DNA of 63,790 nucleotides, the filler included, from Stramenopiles sp. TOSAG23-2 (lineage: Eukaryota), in NCBI GenBank assembly GCA_900128395.1. It is 5 parts of 5 records of this genome, joined end to end, with 100 filler letters (N's around TTAATTAATTAA, not from the genome) between each part and the next. Parts side by side here need not be neighbours in the genome. Positions count along the whole stretch, not along the records: positions 62,181 to 63,790 come from LT652608.1; 4 more parts are not named here. One strand, written 5' to 3'. Shown here in pieces: positions 63,719 to 63,790 of this stretch (positions are counted from its first letter, which is position 1; each line of letters opens with the position of its first letter). Below the pieces are notes generated by a model. The model ran no database searches and was not told the origin of the DNA. It saw only the letters and a program-made list of their open reading frames with translations. The translations under genes and the position numbers were made by a program.

Positions 63719-63790
63719 AAGGGGGGAAAAAAGGAAATAAAATAATACGTTTGTGTTTTTATTCTTTCGTGTACGCTCCTTAGGAAAAGT

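Overview
Eukaryotic, very AT-rich, intron-poor nuclear DNA with many poly-Asn/poly-Thr coding tracts. Gene content (AP-1 gamma adaptin, two G-protein beta subunits, kinesin-3, Nsa1/WDR74, SHAQKYF MYB, peroxisomal PTS1 enzymes, B12D/NDUFA4) points to a protist; a heterotrophic stramenopile is a plausible inference only. The window is not contiguous. It is five contigs (1-29280, 29381-58657, 58758-60369, 60470-62080, 62181-63790) joined by artificial N44-TTAATTAATTAA-N44 spacers in descending size order. About 25 protein-coding genes are supportable; I recognised no rRNA, tRNA or CRISPR array. Highlights: (i) a bacterial-type pseudaminic-acid synthase (PseI-like) and (ii) a P1B-5-class heavy-metal ATPase, both normally prokaryotic, on the same contig among eukaryotic genes. 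(iii) Two divergent paralogues with a degenerate FKBP-like domain and Cys-rich tail flank a secreted saposin-like gene. (iv) A very recent 0.84-kb duplication gives two unrelated N-termini (one Tudor-like) the same acidic/SHOCT-like C-terminus. (v) A tail-to-tail PhyH + PECR peroxisomal pair matches consecutive steps of phytol catabolism. (vi) There are head-to-head G-beta paralogues, an LRR/2OG-oxygenase fusion, a TA-flanked MITE and several small dispersed intergenic repeat families.
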